In this document: positions 51,934-64,000 of the stretch, one piece after another
Layout of the letters: every line of letters starts with the position of its first letter
Position numbering within the stretch: position 1 is the stretch's first letter
Source: Vicugna vicugna
Taxonomy: Eukaryota
DNA: 64,000 nt
Reading direction: 5' to 3'
Assembly (NCBI GenBank): GCA_013265495.1
Contig: MU058584.1
Coordinates: 6,600,407-6,664,406 of the forward strand
The notes under the pieces: generated by a model
Databases searched by the model: none
Told to the model about the DNA's origin: nothing
What the model saw: the letters and a program-made list of their open reading frames with translations, nothing else
Made by a program: the position numbers and the translations under genes

Positions 51934-53109
51934 CCAACCCTGAAATGCACTGAGGAACTCATTAAAATGAATTGTACACTGATCCTTTTGTAATGATAAT
52001 AACATTTCTAGATGGTTCTTAAGTTTGGATTCAAAAAACAGTAGCAATGCTCTTACATTAAGTGCAGAATACATATTATTGCTACAGGAATATGTTGTAT
52101 TATCTCTAAATTGTATGAAGCTGAATCCAGGGAAACCTGGGACATACTGCTGTAACAATGAGTGTGACCTTTCCTAGGATTTTTCATCCTGAGACCTCAG
52201 TTTTCTGTTCTCCAGTCCCTTAAACACAACAATTATATTATAAATAACAATTCCTCATACATACCTTGGCCTCAAAAGTATTTAAAAACTTAGAAGATAA
52301 TTCTCTGGGTCACTATCTTAATAAAATGCATATATTGCTTCAAAATAAGAACCTGCTGTGAAAATGGTCCATTTTCCACACTCCATTTCCAATCAAAACT
52401 CTAACTCATGTCTTTAGCCTGCTTCACATCTTCCTCTGGAGAGTATGAAACATGCTGTCTTTGAAAATAGTGTTGGCTTGGGCAAGGGAAACTCATTGGT
52501 CATGTTTTCAGGTGTAAGTCCTAAATCACAAATTTAAAGTAAAACATGCGCTCTCCTCTTGGGAAGGCTGCATAGCTTGACATGGGAACCTGAAATGGCC
52601 TGAAGGTTGTACTTGGCTAAGGAATGATTTGTATGCTTTTTTGGTTCATCTCCTATTATAGTCGAAAGAAATCAACTGAGTCGATGAGATTATCTTAGGT
52701 CTGGGTTCTAAATATATCCTGGAAATCATTCAGTCTAGCATCTTCATTTTACACGGGCCTGGGTCACTATCAGACAAAGTCAGTGGAGGAGGTTCCAATG
52801 AAGAAATCTTTACAGTTTCTGGTGTCACTCTGTGCACTTCTGGGGTGAGAAGGGGACGAGGAGAGGCAGTAAACTAGTTGGACTGTCCAAACCAGTATAA
52901 ACAGGAGCTACAGGGGTAGCCATAGTATGGGAAGGAGGGAGACAGATGGAGGCAGTGCTTTCTGTGTGGTTTAAGAGGGTGAAGGTTACACGCACATAAG
53001 TGTATGCTTAGGTTCAAATCCCAGCTCCTCCATGGGCGACTGTATTAGTGTCCAAGTTAGTTCAGATATAGGCTAGGCTTCTGTAACAAAGGGATCTTAT
53101 AATAAAGTT

Positions 53110-54372
53110 TCCAAATAACCAGCTGAAAAGATACAAGAGCCAACCTGAAGGAACTCCCAATGGCTAAATTGGGAAAATCTGAACCAGAAAAAAGAAAGAG
53201 GGGAAGGACAGAGGGAAGGAGGGAGAGAAAGAGGGGGAGAGAGAGGGAAGAAAAGAGAAAAAAGAGTGAGGGAGGAAGAAAGGAAGGAGGCTATAGAAAG
53301 ATCACCACATATTTGTCAAACACCACAGTAACAGTTATTGCAGTCAAGGATCATAATGGACATTAAAATCAGTAGACAAAAGTATGATGAGATACAGGAT
53401 ATTCGCAGTTTCTCAAAGTATCTTCCCACAAGGTAGTTATTAACTGCAAAGAGGAAAAAGTTGTATAGAAACTTGGAAGTCACTGCCTTAACCATGGCAT
53501 CAAAGTTAGCATCAGTAGAAAGGAGACAAAGCAGTATAAGGTGTCTTCTGATAGGATGCACTGAGAAGGGAGAAAAAAGCCTTTCTGTGGTATCCTTGCT
53601 AAAATGAGTGTACTGAATTAATCATGGGAAAGACTCAGATAAACCAAACTGAGGGACTTGTTGAAAGTTTCAAGGTCATAAAATACAAAAAAAGACTGAG
53701 GAACAGTTCTGGATTAGATAAGACCAAGGAGACATGACAGCCAAATGGATCCTGAACCAAAAAGAGGACACTGGTGGGACAACTAATAACATTTGAATAA
53801 GGTATGTCTGTAGATTAGTTAATAGTATTGTATCAGGATTTTGTGTGTATGTGTTGGGGGTTGATAATTGTACTATAGTTACATAAGAATGTAATATTTG
53901 GGAAAAGTGTTTAAAACGTAGACTTTTAAAAATTATGAATCACTATGTTGTATACCCATAATTTATACAATATTATACATCAACTAAAATTTAAAATTTA
54001 CAAAACACAGTGTTGGGCCAATTGTGGGAACTTAATAAATATTAGGTGGACAGATGGTACTAAGAAAGTGACACTGGACTAGGAACTGCCAATAAGCATG
54101 GAGTCCCTTGAGATCTGACCAGAGTCACTCTTTGGGGCAAGCATGGGACCTCTGGGGAGAAAACAACAGGAATTACGAAGAAGGGCTTTGCTAGGAGTTG
54201 ATCCTGCAAGAGTAGCCATCTCAGAGCTGCCATGATGGAAGATCTCATTGGCAGGGATTGTCTTATTAAGTCAGGAACTTTTTGTTTGAAAAAAAAAGGT
54301 AGACCAAAACATTTTGTACTGATTTGCAAATTTTTCGTAAGTCTAAACTATTTCAAAATTAAAAGTTAAAAA
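53110..54372 (+). mobile_element. L1MC-like 3' UTR, interrupted by an insertion at 53924-54297
   Basis: GAAAAGATACAAGAGCCAACCTGAAGGAACTCCCAATGGC..TGGATCCTGAACCA..; the element resumes at 54305 with TTTGTACT..TTGCAA..TGTAAGTCTAAA-like sequence and an A-tail. Confidence 0.88.
53924..54297 (+). mobile_element. Very short L1 3' end, ~280 bp of non-L1 flank and A9 (putative 3' transduction)
   Basis: GAATCACTATGTTGTATACC..ATACATCAACTA resembles the L1 end at 21190-21250. TSD-like AAAACGTAGAC (53913-53923) and AAAAGGTAGAC (54294-54304). Confidence 0.75.
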
Positions 54373-56159
54373 AAATACTAATTAAAAAATTAATCAATCC
54401 AAGTAGTAGTCTCAGACAAACAGACAATGAGATTCCAGTTTTTGATGGAACCCCATCAAGAGTCTAAACTTCAAACAATACTTCATTAACCAGTACCGCA
54501 TCCGAATGAGGCAATGTAAACTCTAACCAAGCCACCCTAAAATCGAACAGCTTTTTCTACGGCTTCTTTCTCTTTACGTAGCTTTACGTCCTTCAGAGCT
54601 CCATCATTTCTTCCTGGCATGTGCAGTGTTGCCTGTAATTCTTGTGATAGGTGGCACTCTCACCTTTTCCTGTCCTCCCCGGCTGCCACTTGAGCCCCTC
54701 ACCTTGTTACTTGATGTCTACAATTAGAGCCTCATTCCTTTGACTTAAGACAATTTATCCTTATTAAAACAAAAGTAAATCTCCTTGTATATGATTTTTA
54801 AAACATTGTAACTTAATGATAATTTACATCACTTTGCAAAGGAATTTTTTGAATAATAATCATCATAGGTTTTTACAAAGCGGGTGGTAGAAATAGCCTA
54901 AGGGTGTCGTATATCTGAAGTGGAAGATGAGGTAATAAAAGAGAAAGAAAAAGAAGAATTCAGGCCCCTTTGGAGAGAATATTTTCTTCTAAAATAGTGG
55001 TTCTCAAACTTAATCCCAATAGAGTATTGGGCAGAAGTGTTCATCTCCTACAACAGTGGCTCTGTTCTTTCAGTTCATAGAGAGGAAAAAAAGTGAATAG
55101 AATGTCTTCCTTTTTAATGTGCCTCAAGCTATTGCTCTCTTGGAAAAACAGAAAGTACTTGTAAACAACCAAAGGTGTTTAGCATAATACCTTGTTTTTC
55201 TGTGGAGAGTGTGCTGTGGCCATGACTTCACATTGCATACCTATAACAGAGTCAGACCTTGTGCTAGCAAAAACGTTCATATACGTTTGATAGAAAGAAA
55301 TAGATCAGCGTACCCTGATGCTTTCTTTACACAGAGCATCGTGGCTTCTAGGTATTTTCCTGAGCAAGTCTGAGGACCACTACGCTACTTAAGAATCTAA
55401 CAGATAGCTGGCTGTGAGTTTGCATCACACCCTCCTCTTCCACCATTGGCTGAGCCCTTTCCCAAGAGTATTCCAAAGCACAAAGCCAAAGACACCTCTG
55501 TGCCTCATTATGCTCATACAAGCTTGCACCCAGGATTTTTCCAGTAGCAGTAAACTTGCTTCACCTAATAGCTTGAGACTGCATCACAGTTTCATGTGAA
55601 TACTGTTATTCACCATCCCGCATAATGGTTGTCTAACATAAAGACCAGTCCTCGCCTTTCACCAGTTTTATCACTCCTTTTTTCATGTGGGAAGTTCTTT
55701 CTGACAATGCCTTAAAGTTTGAATTATTGCTATGAGCTGAGTATTTACTAAAGGTCTCTTTTTTTTTTGTTGTCTTTGCTAAATTAGAGGCTTATTACTC
55801 TGTGTACACATTCTGAATAACTGCAGCTGATACAAAATCATGAAATTTTCAAAAATAAAAATTAAAAGTCAGTAAGCTTAATGGGTGATGAGCTTGACAC
55901 ATTCTTGGTATGCTACTTAAATTTGAGGTGAGCTGTTGGCATCACCCAGCTTTGAGACCTGCACATAACACAAGTACAGGGTGGTCTGGGGCTTCACCAC
56001 CTATGGGCTGGAAGGTAAGTGGGATGCACAGTCAGAGCATCAGGGGAACACACTCCCACACTGGTCTTGATGAATCTCCTGTACACGACGGGGGGGCTCA
56101 TAGTCCACAGGACCTGAGTTATATAGGGCCACCTGGCCTCAGCCCACAGAAGGGCATGG

Positions 56160-56345
56160 TGATGGATCGCTATAGAAAATGGACTGGGCCTCATGAGGCC
56201 AAAGTTCTGGACCCAGGTCTAGTACAACCAGCTGCAGGACTTTTGACAAATCGTGGAATCTCTGGGCCTTGCTGTCTTAACATGCATAGTAAGGAATTTG
56301 AGCCAGACGACTGCAAGTGTCCCATCCGGCCCTCTACTTCTGTGG
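56160..56345 (+). mobile_element. MIR3-like SINE
   Basis: AGAAAATGGACTGGG..TCTCTGGGCCTT..GACTGCAAGTGTCCCATCCGGCCCT. Confidence 0.6.
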
Positions 56346-56864
56346 TACTATTTTGTAATTTTTGACTGAACGCCTTTTATATATAAGCCCAATTCCATAA
56401 GCCTTAAAAACAGAATTCATTGCCAATTAGTAAGTTGCAGTGAACATGCTTAGAGAGAAGATAAAATAACCTTTTTCTCATGGGAAACTCTCACACAGCT
56501 TGCAAAACAAATGCCAAAAAAGGAAAGTAGAAATTTCCCACAGAACATTGAGTCTTATCTTATAGATCATTTATATCTTTTTAAGATAAATACATTATGG
56601 ATAAAGACAATTTTTCAGTATTATTTCTGTGTCCTACACGGGTCCAACCTCCAGGTGACCTGCGGTTTCACTTTCCTGCAAGTATCCCTCCTCTGACTTG
56701 AAGCAGGTGCCTAACCCCCCACCACACATTATTATCTGTGTGTGTCCAGTGATCGGGCTTCAAAAGAACTAGGTCGAATGTGTACAACCTACTTTTTCAT
56801 ACGAATGGCATAAGGATACACTGAATTGTATTTTTTTAATTTAAAATGCTCTCTCATACCCACT

Positions 56865-57232
56865 AACAAGAGAATTCATAAACAGATTTGTGGTTTATCT
56901 TTACAATGAAACACTATTCAGTAATAAAAAGGAACAAACTACTTCAACACCATAAATGAATCTTTAAAACATGATGAGCAAAAGACAGACTCAGAAGAAA
57001 CTAGAAAAAACAAGTCTAATCTTTGCAAAAAGAGACTAGCATAGTGGTTGCCTGAGGTGGGGTGGACAGGGAGCAGCTGGTAAGGAGCATGAGGGAATTC
57101 TCCGGGGTGATGGAAATGTTCTGTTTCTTGTTTGGGGTGTTAGTTACACAAGTGTACACATTTATACAAACTCACTGAGCTGTATACTTAAGGTCTGTGA
57201 ATTTCACTATATGTAAATTATAACATTAAAGC
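56865..57232 (+). mobile_element. L1ME-like 3' end
   Basis: TGTGGTTTAT..ACAATGAAACACTATTCAG..GGGGTGATGGAAATGTTCTG..ACTGAGCTGTATACTTAAG..ATGTAAATTAT. Confidence 0.88.
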
Positions 57233-59217
57233 TGTTCATACTTTGTTAAAATCCTATATCAACAGTCTCAGGTGTTCTACTGGTGGGAATATAACTGAGA
57301 ACAAATGTTTGGAGGAGCATTTTTGTAACAAGTATTAAAAACTTCAAAATATTCATACTTTTGACTCCAAATTTAAAAATTTATCTTAAAACAAGAATAA
57401 GAGTTAGGGGACAAATATTCTTCTACATTTATGATCACAACAATAATATATTTTCCCCAGCATTTTATTATAAAGAGTTTAAGCATCTGGAAAAGTTGAA
57501 AGAATTTTACAGTGAGTACATTCATACCCCTCACTTTGATTCTACCAGTAAAATTTTCTTTTTGATTTATGCTATATCCATCTATCCCACTATACTTTGA
57601 ATATACAAATAAATTTGTGGAAATTTGACAGCTTTTACAATATTCAGCCCTATCATTCACAACTGGAAGGAATACTTTGAAACACTAATAGATATTTTTT
57701 TCTTCCTGTGTAATGGGATTCCACAAATTTATAAACCCTATCACGGGTCACCAAAACATTCTTTTAAGTGTATTTATGGAAGCAGAGTTGAATCTACCCA
57801 GAAACAGATCAAGTATCTCTGTGTCCTAAAATAAGAGGAAGATACCTCTGCTTTCAGACACCCTCTCTAACCTGCCTTGTTTCCTCAAAGTTCCACAAAT
57901 AGGTAGTTATCTTTTTGAGTTAATGCAGTAATTAATTCTAGGATTAAAAATATGACCATATCTAGGGGAAAAAAACAGGTAGAACCACTCTTACTAGCTA
58001 TATATTGATATATTCAAATGAGCAGCTATTAAGCAGAAGGGACCACGGGAGTTGGGCAGGCACGCACTGAACTGGGAGGACACAGGGAAGAAAGCTTAGC
58101 CTAGCACTGGTGATTCGGAGTGGGGCACCAGGCGACAGGATTAAACCTGGCATTTGTGCGGACTGAAACAGGTATCACGGTTCACATGAGTGCTGGGGAC
58201 ACTGTAGTGTGGAGCTGGCTCTGTATCCTGGAGTGACCATCCGCAAGGGTGAACATCTGATACCTAAACTTGTAGCAACGGGTTTGTGGATAGTCAGATA
58301 AAGCTTTTACTTCCTTTGTAATTATTAAAAACTCTGGACTACCCCCAAATTCTAAATTAGGTTTGTAGTAGATATTTGGGGATGCCTAGAGGTTGCAACC
58401 CCCTTGGCTGAGTATTTCCTGGTCTGTATGTTGTGTCATTTTGATTTTCTGTTGAAGGGCCGTGGGACTTGGAATGGGCATCCTCGGGGGGTTCAGAGGG
58501 ACTGTCCACCAATTGAATTCACAAGAGCTCTGGCTTAGTTAGCTTGTTTTCAAAATTGTAGGCACTGTTGTTCCAAAATTAATATTTTTGGATATTCGAC
58601 ACATCCCTGGAGGAAAGCAAAGGGCCTCCCCACCTTTGTTTCCCCCACAGAACAAGTCAAGATGAAGCCTTCGCTGATGAAACTCTTGGCTTTCTCTTGT
58701 TCAGCTGTGCTGCATCCCTGCAGCCTTCCCTCTTGGAAATCCCAAAGCAGTCATGGAGGCTGGCCTGCAAGGCTAGGGCTGACCTGGCCTGTCTGGCTGT
58801 CTCCCAGAAAAGGTTTTTATGAAATATTACTTTTTTTTTTCTCATCAGAGAGTTTTTTTTTTATTACAACCCATGCAAAGCTGTGGACTTCCCTTCTTTA
58901 TCACTCCTTCATAGTTCTAAAGTCTTTCTTTTCTTACCCTATCAAGGATACATGCTTCCTTTTCTGGGCCTAATAGTTTCTTAGAGGAACTTGCAGCGTA
59001 GAGACACATAGTGCCTTGATCATAAAAGTGTGAAGACATTTGAGGTCATGATAGGAAGATATTAAAACAAAAAATTGTCCTATCCAGCAATCAACTCCCT
59101 CTTTGCTTCAGTGGTACTTCGTTAGACTTTACTTTTCACATATACAAAAAACAAAAATAAAACAAAACAAAACATTGCTGTTGACAAAGGCTGGGATGTA
59201 ATAAAGAGTCCTACCAC

Positions 59218-59341
59218 CCAGTGAAAAAGATTGGACAATGAACATATGCATGTTCATGTATAACTGAAAAATTGTACTCTACACTGGAAATTGACACAAC
59301 ATTGTAAACTGACCATAACTCAATATATATATATATATAAA
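59218..59341 (+). mobile_element. Tiny 5'-truncated L1 3' end with a (TA)n tail
   Basis: Perfect 15-bp TSD AAAGAGTCCTACCAC at 59203-59217 and 59342-59356. The body matches 62624-62727. Confidence 0.95.
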
Positions 59342-59469
59342 AAAGAGTCCTACCACGAGTACCTTAATAGTTCTGTTTCGAGCGAGACTTCATTCCCAAA
59401 TTCCCTATCAGAATGCTGTGGTTGTGCTAACTACAAGTAAGGGCGTGCTACCTCCCACTGTACATATCT

Positions 59470-59600
59470 GGTATGTTTGGCTGCATCTCCTATTCAACTG
59501 TGAGCTCCTGGAGAGCCAGAACTGGGCCTCATTCACCTCTGCATCCCCAGACCTTATGACAATGCTTGACATGTAGAATTGCTCAGCAAATGTTGGATTA
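59470..59600 (+). mobile_element. L2 3' end
   Basis: ACTGTGAGCTCCTGGAGAGC..ATTCACCTCTGCATCCCCAG..TGCTCAGCAAATGTTGGAT. Confidence 0.85.
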
Positions 59601-59619
59601 GATCTACAGTCAAAGACCA

Positions 59620-60260
59620 AAGACATGGCTCCTTCATGGCTTACTAGCTCAGTGTTACAGGGAGAGTCGGTTAACCTTTCTGAACCTCTTTTTCATGTGA
59701 AAAATGGAAATAATATTACTAAATGCCTACATGAGTTGTAAGAGGCTTAAATGAAATAATTGTATGTGGAAATGATGTAATTATAAAGAGCTATGCAAAA
59801 AACTGATTGACATTTTGCAGGCCCAGGGCAAAGGGGCTTTTTCCTTTCTTCCTGTTTGATTATCATTCCAGAAAGGCTGGGACTCAAGAAAAACAAGGCA
59901 TTCTAGTGCTGATCCCAGTATATACCAGTTATGTGAGCTTAAGCATGTCACTTTTTTGAGCTTCTTTCTTCCCTGTGGGTTGAGGAGATTATATTAGATG
60001 AAATGGCCTAATACAGTGCCTTGCCCATTTTAAGCCCTTAGGAGATGGTCACGGAGGGAACCCAAAGTAGTGTTGTGAAAGATATGGACTGTGGAGTTCA
60101 AAGATCTGTTCTGTCACTGAAATAGCTGGGTAATCTTGAGCAAGTTACTTATATTTTTAAACTTCAGTTTCCTCAGCTATAAAATAGAGATAGATATTAA
60201 TATTATGGGATTGTTGTGGGATTGCATGAAATAATGGGCATAAAGTGCTAAGTACATGTC
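59620..60260 (+). mobile_element. Cluster of three MIR copies (~59620-59800, 59880-60040, 60065-60260)
   Basis: Repeated MIR cores, e.g. TTGAGCAAGTTACTTA..TTCAGTTTCCTCAGCTATAAAATAGAGAT at 60137-60191. Confidence 0.8.
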
Positions 60261-60544
60261 AAGCAAAGGAGTTTTCTGTCTGCCTGTCCTTCCCCCCAGA
60301 TCAACAGGCTGCCATCCTCCCAGCCTTGACTTTTCCTGGCACAGTGCTCTAACCCCAAACACAATGGACAGTAGAAAAGAAAGGCTGAGCCCTACCCACC
60401 CTCCAAGAGAGATTCGTAGGCTAGCTCAGGCTTCTAGCCGTGCCTCCTTACTATTCACAGGCCCTTATCTGTACTTTACCAAATACCAACTACACTGTTC
60501 CCCTTTGGACCAAATCCCAACATCTGAAATGATGAATGACTCTA

Positions 60545-60645
60545 CCAATTTGACAAACTATACTGGTTAAGTACCCTTCTCTTGCATGGACCAATTTCCT
60601 TGCAGCTATAAAAGTCAGCAATCCCTTCCTGATCCTTGTCAGACC
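60545..60645 (+). promoter_or_regulatory. Candidate TATA-box core promoter
   Basis: CCAAT at 60545 and 60591, TATAAAAG at 60607-60614, Inr-like TCAGACC at 60639-60645. Confidence 0.25.
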
Positions 60646-61419
60646 TTCTCAGGGCAGTGAGCAGGGTACACAGACAGGCGGACAGGGAACGCAACTGGCA
60701 AATGCTCTTGTGGGTTTGATTTCTGCAGATCTAGGGGTCTAGGAGCTGCCATGGAGGCCAGTCCTAACTCTCTGCCTAGGCATCTTCCTCTGTCGCCTAA
60801 GAATCTTGGGCTCACTAACTTCTCATTACCGATTTTTATGTCTCAATTGCAGTTAAAGTCAGCAATTGCCCAAACTGACTTCGTATACTTCTAGCAGACT
60901 GACCCAGCAGCCAATTACATAAACTATATTGCCCTTTCACTTACATTCTGACATGCCACATTCCTTTTAAACCTGAATTAACTGCTTAAGTAAAGGACCA
61001 CTGGGATTGTTATCTAACTGGTTTCTAGAATGTAAAATTACAAAATTCTGATTATGATGGCTTCATGTTAGTCCAGGGAGGGCTGTGTATGTCAATGTGA
61101 ACGTCAATGAATAATAGTAATAAAAACAGCGACAATAACCATAACTACTATTTATTGGGTGCATATATGTACTACGTGATTTGAATAAAGCCATGTTAAA
61201 GTGGTTGCCAGGCAAAGTACCCAAAAACTTTTCTTACATGCTTTACCAAAAGTTTGAAGATGGATTTCAAAAAGGTCTGATAATTGTATTGTTAGGCTAG
61301 CCTCGATTAGTCGGCAGGAACAGGGACATATGGGAACAAGACAATTAAACCTAAGCTGTAAGAGGGTCAATGACAAATAATGAAAATTTTAATAAAGATT
61401 TTGTTTTTTAATCAAAAAT

Positions 61420-62780
61420 TCTGACCTTTTACATCCATGCTAGCTTATCATTCCATACTCCAGAACTCTTCATTATCAATAACTGCAATCCTCTGTCATC
61501 TCAAACATCCCATGCTTGGACCTAAATTCTCACCCTTAGTCCCCATCCTTCAGTGTTGTTGGTCCTTTAGTTATTGATCCTATGATCTTCTCACTGTACT
61601 CACTCCCCTCCACCTTCCTTATGCAGCTTAAACTCCATGATCAATCACAATATGAGTCCCTTTCACACACTCTCAAATACCATGCCCACCTCTTACTTCA
61701 TTGAACTTGCCTGGCAAACCACAGCCTTGGTTCTAACCAACCTCTGCCCCCTTTGCACCAGCACCCATGCAGCTAAGGGTGACTGGAGAAGGACACAAAC
61801 CACACTGACTGGTCTTCCTTACAGTCATTTCCAGCAGCTGAAGTGGGTCCTTAATGCTGCCCAATAGCCATATTTTACTCCCCTTTTCCATCCTCCCTCC
61901 TGGTCTCCCAATCATCTTACACTCTCTCTTTCTCCTCCTAGCACGCCACTAAAACTGCCTTATCAGTATTGCAGATGACCTACAAGGTGCTAAAACCAAA
62001 GATTATGTCTCAATTCTCATTTATTTTAGCAGAAGTATTTTACACACTTCTTAAAATCAGGGTTTTAGAATAGCTTCTTCTCTAATAGCTGTTCCTTCTC
62101 AGTTTCTTTTGCTGTTTTCCCCTCATCTCTCTGTCCTCCAAATGTTGAAGTGCCCGTCTTCAGTTGTTGGCTGTAGTCAGTGATCTCATTCTTTCTCAGT
62201 GCTTCAAATGCCATTTATATAATGATGGCACTCAAATTATTACCTCCTAACTTCCATCCCTGGCACTACGTTCTGTGCAGATGACTTCGACAACCTTCTA
62301 ACCCATCTCCTGCCTGTGCCCTTGTGACTACTGAGGCTATGTTCACCTCCGTATCCAGAGTGATCCTATTAGAATCTTAAAAAAAGAAGAAGAAAGAAGG
62401 AGGAGGAGGAGAAGAAGAAGAAGACAAATGAACTTAAATATAAAACGGAAACAGACTCATAGACATAGAATACAAACCTGTGGTTGCCAAGGAGGGGAGG
62501 GGTGGGAAGGGGCAGACTGGGAGTTCAAAATTTGTAGATACTGGCAGGTATATATAGAATAGATAAACAAGTTTATACTGTATAGCAGAGGGAAATACAT
62601 ACAAGATCTTGTGGTAGCTCATGGTGAAAAAGAATGTGACAATGAATATATGTATGTTCACGTATGACTAAAAAATTATGCTCTATACTGGAAATTGACA
62701 CACACTGTAAACTGACTATAACTCAATAAAATAAAATTTTAAAAAATGTAAATCAGACGATGTCACTCCTCTGCCCAAAT
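61420..62780 (+). mobile_element. L2 LINE remnant (deleted), interrupted by L1 at 62372-62746
   Basis: Homologous to the reverse complement of parts of 9000-9470 (e.g. CACCCATGCAGCT..CTGGAGAA). CAGAGTGATCCT...AATCAGACGATGTCACTCCTCTGC spans the L1. Confidence 0.8.
62372..62746 (+). mobile_element. 5'-truncated L1 3' end with a (GAA/GGA)n expansion
   Basis: ACAGACTCATAGACATAGAATACAAACCTGTGGTTGCC..GGAAATTGACA..CTCAATAAA. Same lineage as the 25806 and 44736 copies. Confidence 0.93.
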
Positions 62781-63449
62781 GTATTTCCCTTGTTTTGTTT
62801 TTTCTTTTTTGCTATTTCCTCTCAACTCCTGTTCCTCATTCCTGCTTTGTTTGTTTGGTTTTTTTTTTTTTTTTTGGGTTGAGGGGAAGGCTACAGATTG
62901 CTGTTGTATGTTTCTTAAAGATAGAAAAAGATTAGCATTATGTATACATATAACTTCCTTATTTTAAAGGCTTTGTGGTATATTAGTGAATCAAAATGGA
63001 TGAAATTTCAGTAATGTCAATTAGTAATTTGGCCACTTTTCCCACAGCTGAAAACAGGTTGTTTATCTGAAGAGAAGGCAACGAAGAATTACAAATACAT
63101 ATTTTTAATTTCTACTAAAATGCTGGATGAAATAAAATTGATATACCTTTTGTGGAAAGATGTACTCTTATTATATTTAGTAAATTACTTGCGTTCTAGA
63201 GCTTAGTCATATTTGAAGCTAAATTAATAAATCCACATTTGCACAAATCTTTATGCTTATTTTCAGGTAAATGCATTTACATTTTGTTAAGAGAGGCCAT
63301 TAAACTCCTATAGGGAATAAAATAGCATAAAGATAATGGTTAATACTTAGTTGAAATTGCTAGCATGAAAATTAAGTAACACAATGCACGCAAAGGGCAC
63401 AAACACCTACTGGACACACAGTGAATACTCAGTCTCAGCTGTTCTTGTA

Positions 63450-63630
63450 AGTGGAGTCGCACTACCTGCAATGACCTGGCTACTTAAGTGCCCCAGGTCT
63501 CAGTTTCCTCATTGATAGAATGAGGGTAGTAACAGTACCTACTCCAGAGTACTGCTATGAGGATCAATGAAATGCTCAGAACAGTGTCTAGCACTCAGTA
63601 AATTCTCACCAAATGTTAGTTTTCATTTTG
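63450..63630 (+). mobile_element. MIR SINE
   Basis: TCTCAGTTTCCTCATTGATAGAATGAGGGTAGTAACAGTACCTAC..AGAACAGTGTCTAGCACTCAGTAA. Confidence 0.9.
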
Positions 63631-64000
63631 AACTATTAGTACCCAACATAAAAGTATCTTGCCTGGATTATTACTAGTGGCATTTACATATATTTTATCT
63701 TAGTAATTAGATTGGCATTTATATATATTTTATCTTAGTAATCAGTAATCTTAGACAATAATAGAGGGCCTCATGTTTCTCTTGCAGTGCTCTCCTTTTC
63801 TAGCTTTGCATCGTAAGCATAAAACTCAGATTCTGTAAATGCCACTGTTTCAATACACAAATGATTTAGTAGATTAATGTGTAACATCAAGAGGTATGAG
63901 TTATGGTTAAATTGGCACTAACAGAAATGAAGAGAAAACAAAGAATTCCTTCTCAGTCCCATCCAAAGGAAGAAAAAAGGGGAAAGTCAGATTTTTCCTA

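Noticed and set aside
55910..56365. 151-aa ORF
   Set aside because: The 3' half is a MIR3-like SINE and there is no recognisable protein similarity.
58630..58820. Acceptor CCCCCACAG followed by an open frame
   Set aside because: No matching donor, the peptide is unrecognised and there is no further support.
1..64000. Named host gene or a novel multi-gene system
   Set aside because: No exon translates to a protein I recognise, so the locus identity cannot be determined from the sequence alone. The visible structure is explained by transposons, simple repeats and local repair events.

Overview
Mammalian non-coding DNA, either a large intron or an intergenic stretch. It is almost certainly camelid (alpaca/llama/camel), judged from a tRNA-Ala-derived Vic-1-type SINE at 16888 and several young L1 3' ends. 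I found no host protein-coding exon I can recognise, and no rRNA, tRNA gene or CRISPR array. The ORFs in the supplied track are mostly chance ORFs, microsatellite read-throughs or broken L1/L2 coding remnants. The window is dominated by transposon fossils: a ~10 kb nested L1 stack at 14.8-25.1 kb, long L2 remnants, many MIRs, MER20/MER91A/Tigger DNA transposons and MaLR LTRs. Between them lie repeat-free islands that may be conserved regulatory DNA. The best observations are structural: (1) a ~275 bp inverted local duplication, about 90% identical, with junction microhomology (13110-13395 copied to 15792-16065); (2) two apparent L1 3' transductions bounded by target-site duplications (26322-26383 and 54005-54288); (3) an age series of short L1 insertions; (4) a TALE/GATA/NKX motif cluster around a perfect 20-bp palindrome at 28959-28978; (5) weak candidate exons and a TATA/smORF candidate. 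I see no evidence of a new multi-gene biological system. Repeat family names come from my recall of consensus sequences, and boundaries are approximate unless a TSD fixes them.
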